In this document: one piece after another, positions 1 through 12,029 of the stretch
Layout: the number at the start of each line of letters is the position of its first letter
Position numbering within the stretch: the stretch's first letter is position 1
Source of the DNA: Octopus sinensis
Lineage: Eukaryota
Assembly: GCF_006345805.1 (NCBI RefSeq)
Contig: NC_043003.1
Location: 61,814,001 to 61,878,000, forward strand
Direction: 5' to 3'
Length of the DNA: 64,000 nt
Notes under the pieces: model-generated
The model's database searches: none
Seen by the model: only the letters and a program-made list of their open reading frames with translations
Told to the model about the DNA's origin: nothing
Program-made: the position numbers and the translations under genes

Positions 1-877
1 TCTTTTTTTCTTTAAAGCTTGGTTCAAACACTCTAATTGCTGACAGTAGACTTGAGCATTGGTTGTTGCATTAGATGGTAACAATTCAAAGTGAATTACT
101 CCTTTGCAATCCCACCAGATAGAGAGAAGAACCTTTTTTCCATGACGTTCCCTTCTCTATGTGGTTGAACTTTTTCCCTTTTACCAAGCCACTGTTTATG
201 ATGTTTAACATTTCGATAGAATGATCCATTTTTTGTCACCAATCACAAGTCTATCCAAAAAGTGTGAAATGAGTGCGCGAGAATGGAGATAAGAACAGAT
301 GTCAACTCGGGATTTGTGGTTGCTTTCAGAATATTCATGAGGCACCAATTTTCCAAGTTTAGGAATCTTTCCAAGTTGTTGCAGATGACGATGAACAGTG
401 GTATGGTTTGCACTAAGCTTTATTTTGAATTCTTCAACTGATAATGCAGGATTTTCTTCAAGTAATGCCTCAAGGAGCTTATCATCAAACTCAACTGATG
501 TCCTGTTCAATCTTCATCTTCAAGGCCGAAATCTCCACTTCTGAATTTTGCAAACCATCTTCTGCAAGTTCTTTCATTCAAGCATTCTTTCCCATAAACT
601 GAGTGTATGTTTCGAGTCACTTCGGCTGCAGAGTTTCCTTTTTTGTACTCATAAAGCATTATGTACCTTAAATGCTCTTTGGATACTTCCACGTTAGAAA
701 GGGTTTTAATCAAAGAAATTTTTATTCTATTATTCTTTAAAATAATATTTGATTAGTTTAAATGTACATAAATGCATAAAAATAATTTTTAATTCCATTA
801 GACATTCTAAAATACTATTAAATTTTATTCAATTTTAAAAAGGTAAAATCGGACAGAACTTATGGGATAAGCTGATA
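1..877 (-). mobile_element. Decayed mariner (Tc1/mariner) transposon, 5' half, running off the window start
   Basis: Frameshifted ORFs 507-713 (LRYIMLYEYKKGNSAAE...RRWFAKFRSGDF, mariner HTH) and 205-510 (KLVPHE...DRLVIGDKKWI). Bases 1-200 read KKVLLSIWWDCKGVIHFELL. A TIR-like end lies at 845-877. Confidence 0.93.
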
Positions 878-1199
878 TATACACTATAGTGTAATTATGA
901 TTATATAACAAAATACCACGTCTTTACAAGTCATTAATATTTATGTACTAGCTTTCAGTATTGTGTTTAGTATGTAAAATAAGTATATCCAGTGATGTCA
1001 CACCGCTGTATTTAATGGCTATTTAAGCAATGTGTTTGTGGATGATTAAGGGGTTAGACGGGTACTGATGAAGGAGCAAAATATGGCATATATGCTCATT
1101 ACCCTTTTTTCATCTTTGATCGCATTGTTTGTCTATATCTGACATCTTGGATACAAAATGCCGCAACAAAATTCAATACTGGCTATTATTCCTATAGAA

Positions 1200-1392
1200 T
1201 ATCTAAGCACCCAGTACACTCTGTAAAGGGGTTGGTGTCAGGAAGGACATCCAACTCTAGAAACCATGCCAAAAAAGACAAATGGAGCCTGGACAGCCGT
1301 TCAGCTGCTCTGCTTCTGTCAAATCATCCAACCCACACCAGCATGAAAAACAGATGTTAAATGATGATGATTATGATAATGATGATGATAAT
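1200..1392 (+). mobile_element. RTE-LINE-related 3' end (truncated copy or RTE-tailed SINE)
   Basis: Shares the ggaagg(g/a)catcca(a/g)ct(g/c)tagaaac...ccaaccc...gcatg...gttaaa(tgat)n tail seen at the end of the RTE at 46.6-49.3 kb. Confidence 0.8.
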
Positions 1393-2505
1393 CTTAACAA
1401 ATGATGTATGTTCATATTATTTCTCCTTCTTTCATACACACATATATGTATAAACTGATGTGTATAACATAATGTATATAAACAAATGCAGAATGGTGAA
1501 AACTGTAATATTTTGTTTCAGAGAAAATTCTCTTTTGGGATTTTAGTGTAACAAACACAGAACTCACTCAGAATGACATCAGTGCTTCATTAGACACAGG
1601 TGTTTTGGTCTGATTTGGTCTGATTTGACTTCCTTAATGACAAACACCTCTAGACCTTATGAGCTAAGTTGGAATTTTCTTTCCAATATAGAACAAGGAG
1701 CCATCTAATCATAGCTAGAAGAAAAAAGAGGAAACAGTTTCACAAAAGAACTTTTAAGTAAATAAACATCTGGTAAAAACACCTTTGGAGACTTTAAATA
1801 AACAGGATATGAATTAACTGAACCAAAATGAGGAAATCATGTTAAAAATACAACACTAAACCATGACTAGATAAACAGTGAAACCTCAAAATAAGCAAAG
1901 CAATATAAAAATAAATGACAGTGAAAATGACTAATGAAAATATAGCACAAATAGTGCATTAACAAATAACATGACAACAATCCAAGACAATGTTCTAAAG
2001 AACTACCACACACACACAAAAAAAGCAAACAATATTTGAAAGCAAATAAGGAAACGCTGTAGTCAATGTAATAATTAAAAACATTGTCTTTAACACCTCT
2101 AAAACAATAACACAACAAAAGAGTGAAAAGCAACTAATGAAATAGATAATCAAAGACATGGTAACTATTTCAATATTCTGTGTTCTAACACTCATCCACT
2201 TTTAATCTGGGAAAAATATTGCCTCTTGGCATTTTAATACTGCTTCAGTCACTAATAATTATTTTTAATAAACATACTGGCTATTCACAACATCAGTGCC
2301 TATTAAGGCTCTGTGATTCTGTGTATATCACTAGCAGAGATATCACTGCTATCTCCAGCATCTAAGCATCTACCATTGACAAGGCAAAAGAAGGCTGGAT
2401 TCAAGTGATCAGGTGATCTCAGTGGTGGCAATAGTGGGTGATTTATCACAGTATCTTGTGTTCTAACACATAATCCACTTTTAAGTGGTGATAAATATTA
2501 CATAT

Positions 2506-2850
2506 TACCTCTGCCTTACCCAAAGGCAGAGGTATTGTTTACAGTTGTGTTTGTTTGTCCGTGAACAAGATATCTCAAGAATTGCTGGATGGATTTGAAT
2601 GAAACTTTCAGAGAGGTTTGGCCTCTTGACTGGCACAAATTGATTAGATTCTGAGATCAATCTGGTACTGGACTAGGATTCTGGATTTTTTTTATGGCTT
2701 TTTTTACTTAAGTTTTTAGAGCAGTCAGGTTCATCTTTAGTATTCTTGTTTGTGAGAGCAGTCAAGTTTATTTCAGATATTCTCATTTTAAAAATCATCT
2801 CTGGCTAATCGTTGAGAAGACATTGGTATTGCCTTGGCGAAGGTTTGCAC
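2506..2850 (+). mobile_element. Non-autonomous Helitron/Helentron-like (HINE/DINE-like) repeat
   Basis: 5' hairpin tacctctgcc/ggcagaggta (2506-2534), then gtttgtttgtccgtg and gatttgaatgaaactttcag motifs typical of such repeats. The family call is inference. Confidence 0.35.
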
Positions 2851-3112
2851 TCTCTGAGTACTCTTGATGGCATTATTATTACTTTTCTCACCAATAATTG
2901 CTTTAATGCATATAAAAAGAGTATGTGGAGTGAAAAAAAAACCCAAACAAAATCCAGTACTTTCCAACTTCTTCTGTGGTAGATTACATCAGTATGATAT
3001 ATGAGGCTTGAGATAAGGAAAAATTCAGTTAAGATAAGCAAAGTACTCACATGGGTAAAGTACTCTCTTTCTCTTTCATTGAAACACTAAAACATTTGAA
3101 TAAACAAGCATT

Positions 3113-3257
3113 GGTGTGTAGTTAAGAAGCTTGCTTTGCAAATACGTGGTTTGAGGTTCAGTCCCATTGGCAAATATGTTCAGCTGTAGCCCTTGGCTGC
3201 TCTATGTCTTGTGTATGAGTTTGGAAGATGGAAACTGTGAAGATGTCCATCATATAT

Positions 3258-3310
<53 letters not shown>

Positions 3311-3330
3311 TGTGTGTGTGGTGTGTGTAT
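3113..3330 (+). mobile_element. tRNA-derived SINE (degenerate) with (TG)n tail
   Basis: Degenerate copy of the SINE at 54066 (ggttcagtccca...gatggaaactg..gaag) followed by (TG)n. Confidence 0.7.
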
Positions 3331-3373
3331 ACATATATGTATACGTATACATATATATATATATTTATATATA

Positions 3374-3425
<52 letters not shown>

Positions 3426-3439
3426 TTTATATATATATA

Positions 3440-3665
3440 TACTAGCAGAGATACCTGCCGTTGCCCGTGTTACATACAATTGAAGAATTAGACTTTTCTG
3501 TTATATTTTCTGTAATGAACTGGAATATCTATGTTTCGAATTTCATCAAAATTGCAGATGGGGGTTATTTCCCTCTTTACACATCCCCCCAAAATTGTAA
3601 TCGAGTGACATGTATCCCATACTACTGATTTTTATGCGCATATTCCAAAATTCCAGTCTTATTGA
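3440..3665 (+). mobile_element. Non-autonomous Helitron-like element, 5' part
   Basis: Starts actagc...cctgccgttgcccgtg right after a (TA)n tract and contains gaatttcatcaaaatt. Resembles Lep1-type Helitron ends. Confidence 0.45.
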
Positions 3666-4369
3666 ACCTGTTAAAAAGATTTTGCTCCTGAAAAATGAAG
3701 GTCATGGAGCTCTAAAATGTGAGAGTTAAGGCTCCTGTTGGGAGTGGGCATCCTAATGTCAACAAGAGAAGTTGAATTGTTGAGAATCTTTTTAACTTGG
3801 GTCTTATATCTATTGTTTGAATTTCTTTTAAATAGGAAATATATGTTCACTGGGTTTGTAAAAGAGAGCAAAGCTACAGGAAATCAAAAGATGAATGATC
3901 ACAATAAGCAGTCAGTTATCCTACCCTAGTCGTTACCACTCCCAATGTAGGATTCCTCACCATCCAGGTGACAGGCACAGCTGTAAGATGCATTATGAAT
4001 CTATAGCAATTGGAAGGGTGTGACCCAACTGAAATATACATTAACAACTGTGTGACGTGAGGGCTTAGGAGAAATGAAAGTGTCACCTCTGGAGTTTGCA
4101 AATGACCACTATACTGATACATAACTGGACAGAATAAATTTACAATCTATAAATGTCTTTAAATAACCAGTCACTCATCTGGGAAGGCCTTGAAATTTAT
4201 GTTACCATCTGGGGACTATGTGTGACCGAGTGATAATAAAAAAACTGGAAGGAGGTCTGCAATCAAATAACTTTACTCAACACTTTGCAACTGAATCAAT
4301 GGAGGTAAAGATGCCTCTCATTTACTTGACAATTTATGCACCACATTGCAGAAATCACAATGTCTGACA

Positions 4370-4685
4370 CTGAGGGTTCCAGTCGACCTGATCAACAGAA
4401 CAGCCTGCTCATGAAATTAACAAACAAGTGGCTGAACACTCCATAAATACATGTACTTTAAAAGTACATATGTATTTATGTAGTTCTCAGGGAGATTCAG
4501 TGTGACACAGAATGTGATATAGCTGGCCCTTTGAAAGACAAGTACTTCTCATTTTGCCAGCTGAGTGGATTGGAGCAACATGAAATAAAGTGTCTTATTC
4601 AAGGACATAAGATGCTGCCAGGAATTGAACTCATGACCTTACAATTGTGAGCTGAATACTCTAACCACAAACCCATGAGCCTTCA
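4370..4685 (-). mobile_element. CORE-type tRNA-SINE
   Basis: Reverse complement of a tRNA-like head plus the ccttga(a/g)..agacactttatttca.gttgctcca core also seen at 20783. Confidence 0.7.
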
Positions 4686-5266
4686 AGTGCACATATGTAA
4701 AGGCTTACTTAAATACATGACTTGAAAGAGTCTATCAACTAATATAAGTTTGTGTTGCTTATATTGTATCATAGCAGCTTGTTCAGTTAATAATGAGAGG
4801 ATATATCAATTTTCCAGAGCTAATTAGTAAGGTAAGATTAATTGTTGAGTTTTTGCCTTCTTCATTAACAGCTCTGTGAGAGTGAAGTAGGGTTACATGC
4901 TACATAAAAGGATTAGTTTTAGATGACTTAACATCAGGAGGATATATTTTATAGCCTTACTAGACAATCCTTGTATTTGTTGGTTTATTGGATTTGTGGT
5001 TAGAAGGAGTTGATTTGATTAGACGTGAAGTTTGCAAAATGAATGCATCTAAATGGGTGAAGTGTGGATAGAAATATTTGAGGATGTCTAGTGTGTACCT
5101 ACAAGTTCTGTGTGTATATGTATAAGTGTGTGTGTGTGTGTGTGTGTGTATGTTTCTGTGTCTGTGTGAGTGTTTATGTATGTATTTGTGTAAACATTCA
5201 CTTAGAGGCTGTGTTTGTTTATATGTAAGTATATATAGTCATACATACACACATATATATATACAT

Positions 5267-5575
5267 TTTTAACCACTCTACAAATTCGATATATACTCAA
5301 CAAATACAGTAGTTAATTCTATGCTGGAGTCCCTAATTTGCATACCGAAAATTTTTAACCGCTCTATAAACTCTATATATACTCAACAAATACAGCAGTT
5401 AATTCTATGCTGGAGTCCCAAATTTGCATACCGAAAATTTTTAACCGCTCTATAAACTCTATAGATATTCAACAAATACAGCAGTTAATTCTATGCAGGA
5501 GTCCCTAATTTGCTTACCGAAAATTTTTAACTGCTCTATAAACTCTATATATACTCAACAAATTCAGCAGTTAAT
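5267..5575. repeat. 86-bp minisatellite, about 3.5 copies
   Basis: Unit starts (aacc.ctcta) at 5271, 5357, 5443 and 5529. Copies are highly similar. Confidence 0.95.
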
Positions 5576-6152
5576 GACTGGTGACCAAGACTTTTGGCGA
5601 TGTACTGTGCTTGAGAGGACCCATCAGGACAAGTACACCTGTGCTGGTGGCACGTAAAGAAAATCTTTTTGAATGTTGGGCCTCATGGAGGCAAAGTGGC
5701 AGTTCCTTTAGAGTGCTGGGAATGACAGGCAAAATGACTGAGTTCCTTTTGAGCATTGTTCCTCACAGAGGAAAGGTAGCTGAGTTCTTTTCGAGTGTTG
5801 GGCCTCATGGAGGCAAAGTGGCTGAGTTCCTTTCAAGTGTTGGGCCTCACAAAGGCAATGATCAAAATCTTTGGCAAAATTGCAGTTGTGGTAGATACCA
5901 GTGTCATGCAAATTGGCACCCATGCCAGTGGTGCACAAATGCACCCCAGTGTCATACAAATGGCACACATGCCGGTGGCATGTAAAAGCACCCATTACAC
6001 TCTCAGACTGGTTGGCATTAGGAAGAGCATCCAGCTGTAGAAAACCATGCCAAAGCAGACTGGAGTCTGGTTCAGACTTCCAGCCCAGTCAAACTGTTCA
6101 ACCTATGCCAGCATGGACAATGGATATCAATAATGATGGTGATGATGATGAT
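5576..6152 (+). mobile_element. 5'-truncated RTE LINE 3' end (last codons plus 3' UTR with internal repeats)
   Basis: gacttttggcgatgtactgtgcttgagaggacc resembles the RTE ORF2 end. Repeated gtgttgggcctca..gaggcaaagtggc blocks follow, then the standard tail and (GAT)n. Confidence 0.8.
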
Positions 6153-6429
6153 ATATATATTAACAAGCAAAACGCACCCCGTCCAAAGGACAGTGCTGAA
6201 TCATATCTGCTGAATAAAAAGCAATCAGTGTTTTCTTTTCATTAAAAAATAATTAAGCATGCCTTTATTTCAATAAAATTTTGGTTTTGTTAAACGAAGT
6301 TAAGGTAAAAAAAGAACTTCTTGAGAAACCAAATAGTCTTTCCTTCCTTTATGCAGTTTGAGGAAAATATCTCTTTTGCATCTTACTTTTTTGGTCTCTT
6401 AAATATACTGCATTTTGTGGCATTATTTC

Positions 6430-6675
6430 TAGCCAGCCGGCTTTTTTTGCGCAAACTGCATGAGCATTTTTCTCGCATACATGTAGAGTCAATCACAACA
6501 GCTGATGTACTTGTGCATACAAATGCACGTTCCCATGGCTATATCTATCGCGTTCTCACCTGGAATCGATTTTTATGATTGATACTGTCAGTATCTATAT
6601 ATCAAATCTGAGTGCAATCGGATGGTGGATGCTCGAGATCCTAGAAGACACACACACAGACAGAATGGATTTTAT
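6430..6675 (+). mobile_element. Non-autonomous Helitron-like repeat
   Basis: tctagccagccggc start, caaatctgagtgcaatcgg motif and cacacacacagacaga...ggattttat end. Same architecture as 23540 and 30600. Confidence 0.4.
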
Positions 6676-6720
6676 GGATTGTCTAGTAAGGCTAAACCTC
6701 GCTAAGATAAATATTTCAAT

Positions 6721-6789
6721 CACCTGAAGATTGACTGTAACCATAACTCGAATTATTAAGAATTGGACAGCCATGAAATGATCGTAGTG
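6721..6789 (+). ncRNA. Type I hammerhead-ribozyme-like motif (degenerate, Penelope-like element tail)
   Basis: CAC-CTGAAGA-stem II (CTGT/ACAG)-GAAA-T-GATC-GTA-GTG. Stem I is CAC/GTG. The first stem II pair is U/U and stem III is U-G. Confidence 0.5.
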
Positions 6790-7158
6790 TTTTACTCATT
6801 ATCTTTTATTAAACTTTTAATAATTTTGATATATATTTAAAATAATATAAATTAATTAATTTTATGTATTGGCTTAAGTTTTTCATTGTTTGATTTGCCT
6901 AATAGTGGTTTTATCTCTAATTTAATATAATATAATATTTTACTATAAAATCCTAAATCTGATTTTTCCCTGTAAGTTTGGATTTATTCCCTAATATTTT
7001 ATTATATATATATATATGTATGTATGTATGTATATATATATATATAAATATATATGTATATATATATATATAGGTATGTATGTATATATATATAAATATA
7101 TATATATATGTGTGTATTTATATATGCATATATATATAAATATATATAATATATATAT

Positions 7159-7233
<75 letters not shown>

Positions 7234-7373
7234 ATATATATGTCAATATGTAACCATGTGTGTATCGTTGGCGATTTTTTTCCACCGTCCTTCCTTCCTC
7301 AGATCTTTCCTTTTCCTATGTTTCTGACAGTTGAATGATTGAAATAGGTCAAAAGAATAGAAAAGAATACATG

Positions 7374-7405
<32 letters not shown>

Positions 7406-7486
7406 CATACAGTAGTACCTTGGGTTTTGAACACCTCTGATCATGAATAAATTGTGCCTTATATATATATATATATATATATATGA

Positions 7487-7830
7487 CAAACATCAATGGA
7501 ATTTGTAGTCGTGATACCAGTGCCGGTGGTACGTAAGAGAAACATCCGAACGTGGCCGTAGCCAGCACTGTATCGACTGGCCTCCATGCCGGTGGCACGT
7601 AAAAAGCACCATCCGAGCGTGGCCGTTCGCCAGCCTCGTCTGGCACCTGTGTCTGTGGCACGTAAAAAGCACCCACTACACTCACGGAGTGGTTGGCATT
7701 AGGAAGGGCATCCAGCTGTAGAAACACTGCCAGATCTAACTGGCCTGGTGCAGCCTTAGGGCTTCCCAGAACCCAGTTGAACCGTCCAACCCATGCTAGC
7801 ATGGAAACTGGACGTTAAACGATGATGATG

Positions 7831-7835
<5 letters not shown>
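7487..7835 (+). mobile_element. RTE-related 3' end inserted in (TA)n
   Basis: Repeated ggtggcacgtaaaaagcacc units, standard tail and (GAT)n. Flanked by TA tracts. Confidence 0.88.
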
Positions 7836-7867
<32 letters not shown>

Positions 7868-8099
7868 GTGAGTTATTCGTGATCAGAGGTGTTCGAAAAC
7901 TGAGGTACTGTTGTATATATATAAAACACCATCATAACTTGGCTTTGAGAATGGACAACTTGTGGCGGGAGGTGTCACATAATGATGCCAATATAAAACA
8001 CACCATCAGATAGGCTTAACTGCAATGGTAACAAGAGAAATCCCTTTTCTGGATTCGATACTGCTGTGTCACGATTCTTTACTTTATCTTTTTTTTCAT

Positions 8100-8440
8100 C
8101 ATCAAAGTAATTCCTGTATGCATTCTCAGAGGAGGATACAAACTCATGAATGATGTGTCACCAGGCTTCAGGATTAGAAGATTTAACAAACCACTACCAT
8201 AGGTCAATGTGACAGGCACCAAGAGATTTCTTCAGGGAGTCCTTTTAACTTTTTATTGACATTCCTCTATCACTGTGGTGCATTCACTATGCAGCATTTG
8301 AGTCTTGAGCAGTCATTGATCCTCCATCTTTGAAAAATGCTCTTTCTAATACAATTTTAACAGTCTGGCCATCATGCTGTTGACCTCTGCCTGTTCAAGG
8401 ACTTTGAAACTGAATACTTTGTATAATCTGTATTATTAGT
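8100..8440 (-). mobile_element. RTE/BovB-like ORF2 C-terminal remnant
   Basis: Decayed translation KVLEQAEVNSMMARLLK...HFSKMEDQ...KDSLKKSLGACHIDLW...W..IHE resembles the BovB C-terminus. Confidence 0.55.
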
Positions 8441-8479
8441 AATTTAACCTAATTATATTGGCCTTCTTCTCAGTGGTGT

Positions 8480-8612
8480 AGTTAGAGTATGTGCCAGCAG
8501 CTCTTTAGTTTGCTGCAACTGCCTCATCTTCCATTTCCTATACAGGCTTATACAGCCGACCCAAAAGTACCGCACACTTAAAAGCATCACCAGAGGCAGA
8601 CTTCTCTCCACT
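8480..8612 (+). mobile_element. L2-like LINE 3' remnant
   Basis: Weak similarity to the L2-group C-terminus, like the 37.1-37.5 kb copy. Confidence 0.3.
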
Positions 8613-9003
8613 GCCATTGTCCCTATTGCTCCCCCATCGTCCCATATCACCCCATATTGCTTCTCTTCTAACCATCTCCTTCCCATCATTGCACATGCTC
8701 TCCACTGCCCGACCCACAGTCCCCATCACTCCCCTCACATTCATATGCTTTCCATTGCCTCCCCATCACCATCCTACATGCCCCTGTCATCACCCCATCA
8801 CTCCTGTCATCCACCCCTGTTGCCCACCTGCACCTTTGGTTAAGCTACTGCTTATTTTTTCCTTTGTTTATAAATATCTACTTTATTTGTTCCTTTATAA
8901 ATATTAGAAGATATGTTGAGTTTGATTCACTTCCAGTTGACATCACTTGAGGAACTGTATAAATATGTATCCACAGAAACATGATTTTACTGCAGAGACT
9001 TAC

Positions 9004-9088
9004 CTGTGTGAATATTCACACAGGTATAAAATGTCACTCGTGAAATTCCAGTTGAAAACAGCATCTAGATTCTCCTCCATAATGAAAC
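9004..9088 (-). CDS. Internal coding exon of an unidentified host gene (xFIMEENLDAVFNWNFTSDILYLCEYSHx, phase 1/2)
   Basis: Long T-rich acceptor (tttttgtttttgtttttatcag) and perfect donor CAG|gtaagt. 85 nt, with only one open frame. Confidence 0.65.
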
Positions 9089-9984
9089 CTGATAAAAACA
9101 AAAACAAAAACATATAGAATAAAACAAATGCAAGTCAATAACAGATATTCAAAATAGGTTGGCAAGTCAAGCAGGTGAACAATAATAATAAACAAATTCA
9201 CAGCAATAAATACAACTGATACTATATTCAATAAAACAAACCACACATAAAGTTTATTGCAGCAATCAAAATGCACCTTTACTCAACAATATATGAACAT
9301 ATTATTAAATAAAATCAAGAACAGAACACATGTATAATACTCAATTCTAAACTAATGTTGATAATAAATTACAAAAACTCTGGAATAAAATATTTTCTCA
9401 CCAGCACAAAACCAATACTTGGAAGCTGCTGAACAAATTTCATTTGACCAATGTTATCCATGAATTTGTGTGCAAATATGAGATTAGCAAACCTCATGAT
9501 ACAAACAGATATATTGCCCAAGCAAATATAATTTAACACACATTTACACTAAGGAGCTATTGTAATATATTATTTACAGAGCTTAAGATGAAGCTAAGTA
9601 GGAAAACATTAGCCAACAACACAACCATCCTAGTAAACAGGAGAGAGAAACCTTTTGAGAAACAATAACAAATTGCATGAATATAAGGACCTGTTGGGGT
9701 GAATGAATATTGAGTAAAACAAGGAATGTTAAGATTAATCTATTTAAAAAAAAAATTATTTTTATATTTATTGCCATATATATACAGGTGAAAAATGCGG
9801 AGGAGATTCCATGTGGTGGTAAATATAAAATAAGATTTCAGGTGTAAAAGCACAGAAATATTGCTTGTGTATGATTAGCTAAGCGAAACCAGTCAACTCT
9901 GTACATTTTGTAATGGATTTAATAATCTTTATCTACACAAACAAGATTTTTGTGCTTTTTCACTTTAAATCCTATTTTATTCCA

Positions 9985-10045
9985 ACCCGTGCTCCGTCCA
10001 ACCCATGCTAGCGCGGAAAACGGACGTTAAACGATGATGATGATG

Positions 10046-10047
<2 letters not shown>
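9985..10047 (+). mobile_element. Very short RTE-related 3' tail
   Basis: ccgtccaacccatgctagcgcggaaaacggacgttaaac(gat)n followed by (TA)n. Confidence 0.8.
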
Positions 10048-10079
<32 letters not shown>

Positions 10080-10244
10080 CATTCTATTTTTAATAAATCA
10101 TCCTTGAAACTTGCCTGTTCTATGCTGTGAAACTTAGGATTGATCATTGCTACAAACAAAAGACTTAAACTATGAAATAAGGTTGATGGTAATGGTAGTA
10201 AAGTGGGACATAATAATGAAATGGATGGTCCCATGAAAAAAATA

Positions 10245-10757
10245 AAAAAATGTTGTAACTGTCGTTTCTGGAGTGCCTGCTTTTTAGATGGTCAGTGCTT
10301 ATACAATAATGTAGAGTATAAATGTGAGGTAAGCACCCTAAAAGAGCCTTAAAAATGTGTATATTGGGAGTACCATGAATTTTGAAGTCAGATATAGAGC
10401 ACACGTAAATTCATTCATAAATGAGGAGTCAAAAAATTCAACTGCCTTGGCCATTTATATTAACAAATTAAAAAAAGTAGCTATAAGACATTCTCCCCAA
10501 AATGGCAAGTATAATTATACTAATGTGTCCATTTGTTCTAATTTAATTAAATTCTATGTCTTTGTGCAGCTGAAGATTGCTCTGCATTTTAAATTGATGT
10601 AATGATTGCATTGTTCAATTAAATGGAGTTGCATGAAACGATTGTACCTCTTTATCTTTGGATATCCTTGTTGCTTATTTTGATTTTAATCACCCTTATT
10701 GAAATTGTAATTCTGAAATTTTGGTGCCTCAACTTAAGTAACATATTCATCTGAATC

Positions 10758-10760
<3 letters not shown>
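10245..10760 (+). mobile_element. Penelope-like element 3' fragment: GIY-YIG endonuclease remnant plus tail
   Basis: CCNCRFWSACFLDGQCLYNNVEYKCEV, then after a frameshift VYIGSTMNFEVRYRAHVNSF...KNSTALAIYINKLK. A CNCR..C.LDG.CL motif before GIY-YIG is Naiad/Chlamys-like. Confidence 0.8.
10563..10650 (+). ncRNA. Hammerhead-like motif downstream of the GIY-YIG remnant (degenerate)
   Basis: CTGAAGA (10570-76), long imperfect stem II, GAAAC-GATT-GTA (10635-46). Stem I is poor. Confidence 0.45.
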
Positions 10761-10847
<87 letters not shown>

Positions 10848-10866
10848 TATATATATATATATATAT

Positions 10867-10910
<44 letters not shown>

Positions 10911-10958
10911 CTTTTTATATATATATATAAAATATATATATATATATATAATATTATA

Positions 10959-11035
<77 letters not shown>

Positions 11036-11038
<3 letters not shown>

Positions 11039-11172
11039 GTAAGCTTTGGACAGACAAAAGGTGCAGTAACATCAAAGGAAGGTTAACAGAGAAACTAACT
11101 TTTGTATGTGAAAGGTGCACAGGCATAGTAAATGCTGAACATGTACAGAAAATAGACTCCACCAACTGTCAG
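11036..11172 (+). mobile_element. RTE ORF2 internal fragment (Cys-rich finger)
   Basis: [33 protein letters not shown], homologous to the same region of the RTE at 12.9-13.1 kb. Confidence 0.75.
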
Positions 11173-12029
11173 GTTTGCAAGCTAGAATAATGCAGGAGCC
11201 AGTCCTGATTTAATTAGACTTGAAGCTCCTAAATACTAGCAAGGCACAATATGTGTACAAATGGTCCTAATACCATGAAACGTGATTCTTAAGTATGGAT
11301 TAATTAATTATGAGATAATCAACTTGCGTAAATAACTAATTTAATTAGACTTTAAGCTCTAGTAATGAATCACATTGAATATTACTCATTAGACACAAGT
11401 GATACTTAAATGAAAACTTAAGAAAAAAAAACGGGTATGGAAAAACAAATTAAGAAGTTTTAATTAGACACTTAATTAGGAATTAATTAGACTTTCTGCT
11501 CCAACGTCAATTTCTTCGCAGAATTGTTCACTAAACTCAACTGAATCTATTCATGTCACTTAAGAACCATTTTAGGTATGGATTTATAATTTAAGAAGCA
11601 TTTTCTACTAATCAATTCTTTACTCATATACATTCGCATTCAGATCATCAGAATACGAACACACCTGATATTCATCTTCCGCTAGTTAACACATTCAGTA
11701 AGGGGGCATCAAAAATAAATTATCATGGAGGACCATTTCTCACCTGGCGATCCTGGGCAACCTTCATGTTCCCCCGATCTCATCACCTCTCAAACTGATC
11801 CCCATGTAATCTCACCTGATTCAGCATTGAATATTGGCGGGTCCCAGTCGGAAATTGCGAATGTACCCTCGGCCAGTCAGCCTACCATTGTAAGTGATCG
11901 TTCATTACACTGTGTTATCCACAGCAGAAAATCTAAAGAGAGCACTGAAAGTGGACTGCTACTTCCGCTCTCAGAGCAGAAATGGTGATCTATCCAAAAC
12001 GCCACATCAAAATGCTCAAGTGAAATAAG

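Noticed and set aside
1522-1599. Possible plus-strand exon EKILFWDFSVTNTELTQNDISASLDT
   Set aside because: Weak donor (gtgttt) and no supporting neighbouring exon.
1867-2195. Hydrophobic minus-strand ORFs resembling a receptor or mitochondrial protein
   Set aside because: The hydrophobicity follows from the T-rich strand. There are no motifs and the frames break.
3158-3491. Stacked ORFs rich in Y/I/C/V/H/T here and at 7.0, 15.7, 17.7, 18.7, 20.0, 39.1 and 54.2 kb
   Set aside because: They are translations of (TA)n/(TG)n microsatellites.
3671-4122. Possible highly decayed RT remnant (LGCPLP)
   Set aside because: Only one weak motif, which is too little to call.
4774-4830. Possible plus-strand exon QLVQLIMRGYINFPELISK with AAG|gtaaga
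   Set aside because: Plausible but isolated. Signals like this arise by chance in 64 kb of AT-rich DNA.
9404-9700. Several alternative exon readings on both strands
   Set aside because: They conflict with each other, with weak or too closely spaced splice sites.
11725-11988. 87-aa Ser/Pro-rich ORF
   Set aside because: No motif and no splice context. It lies among element debris.
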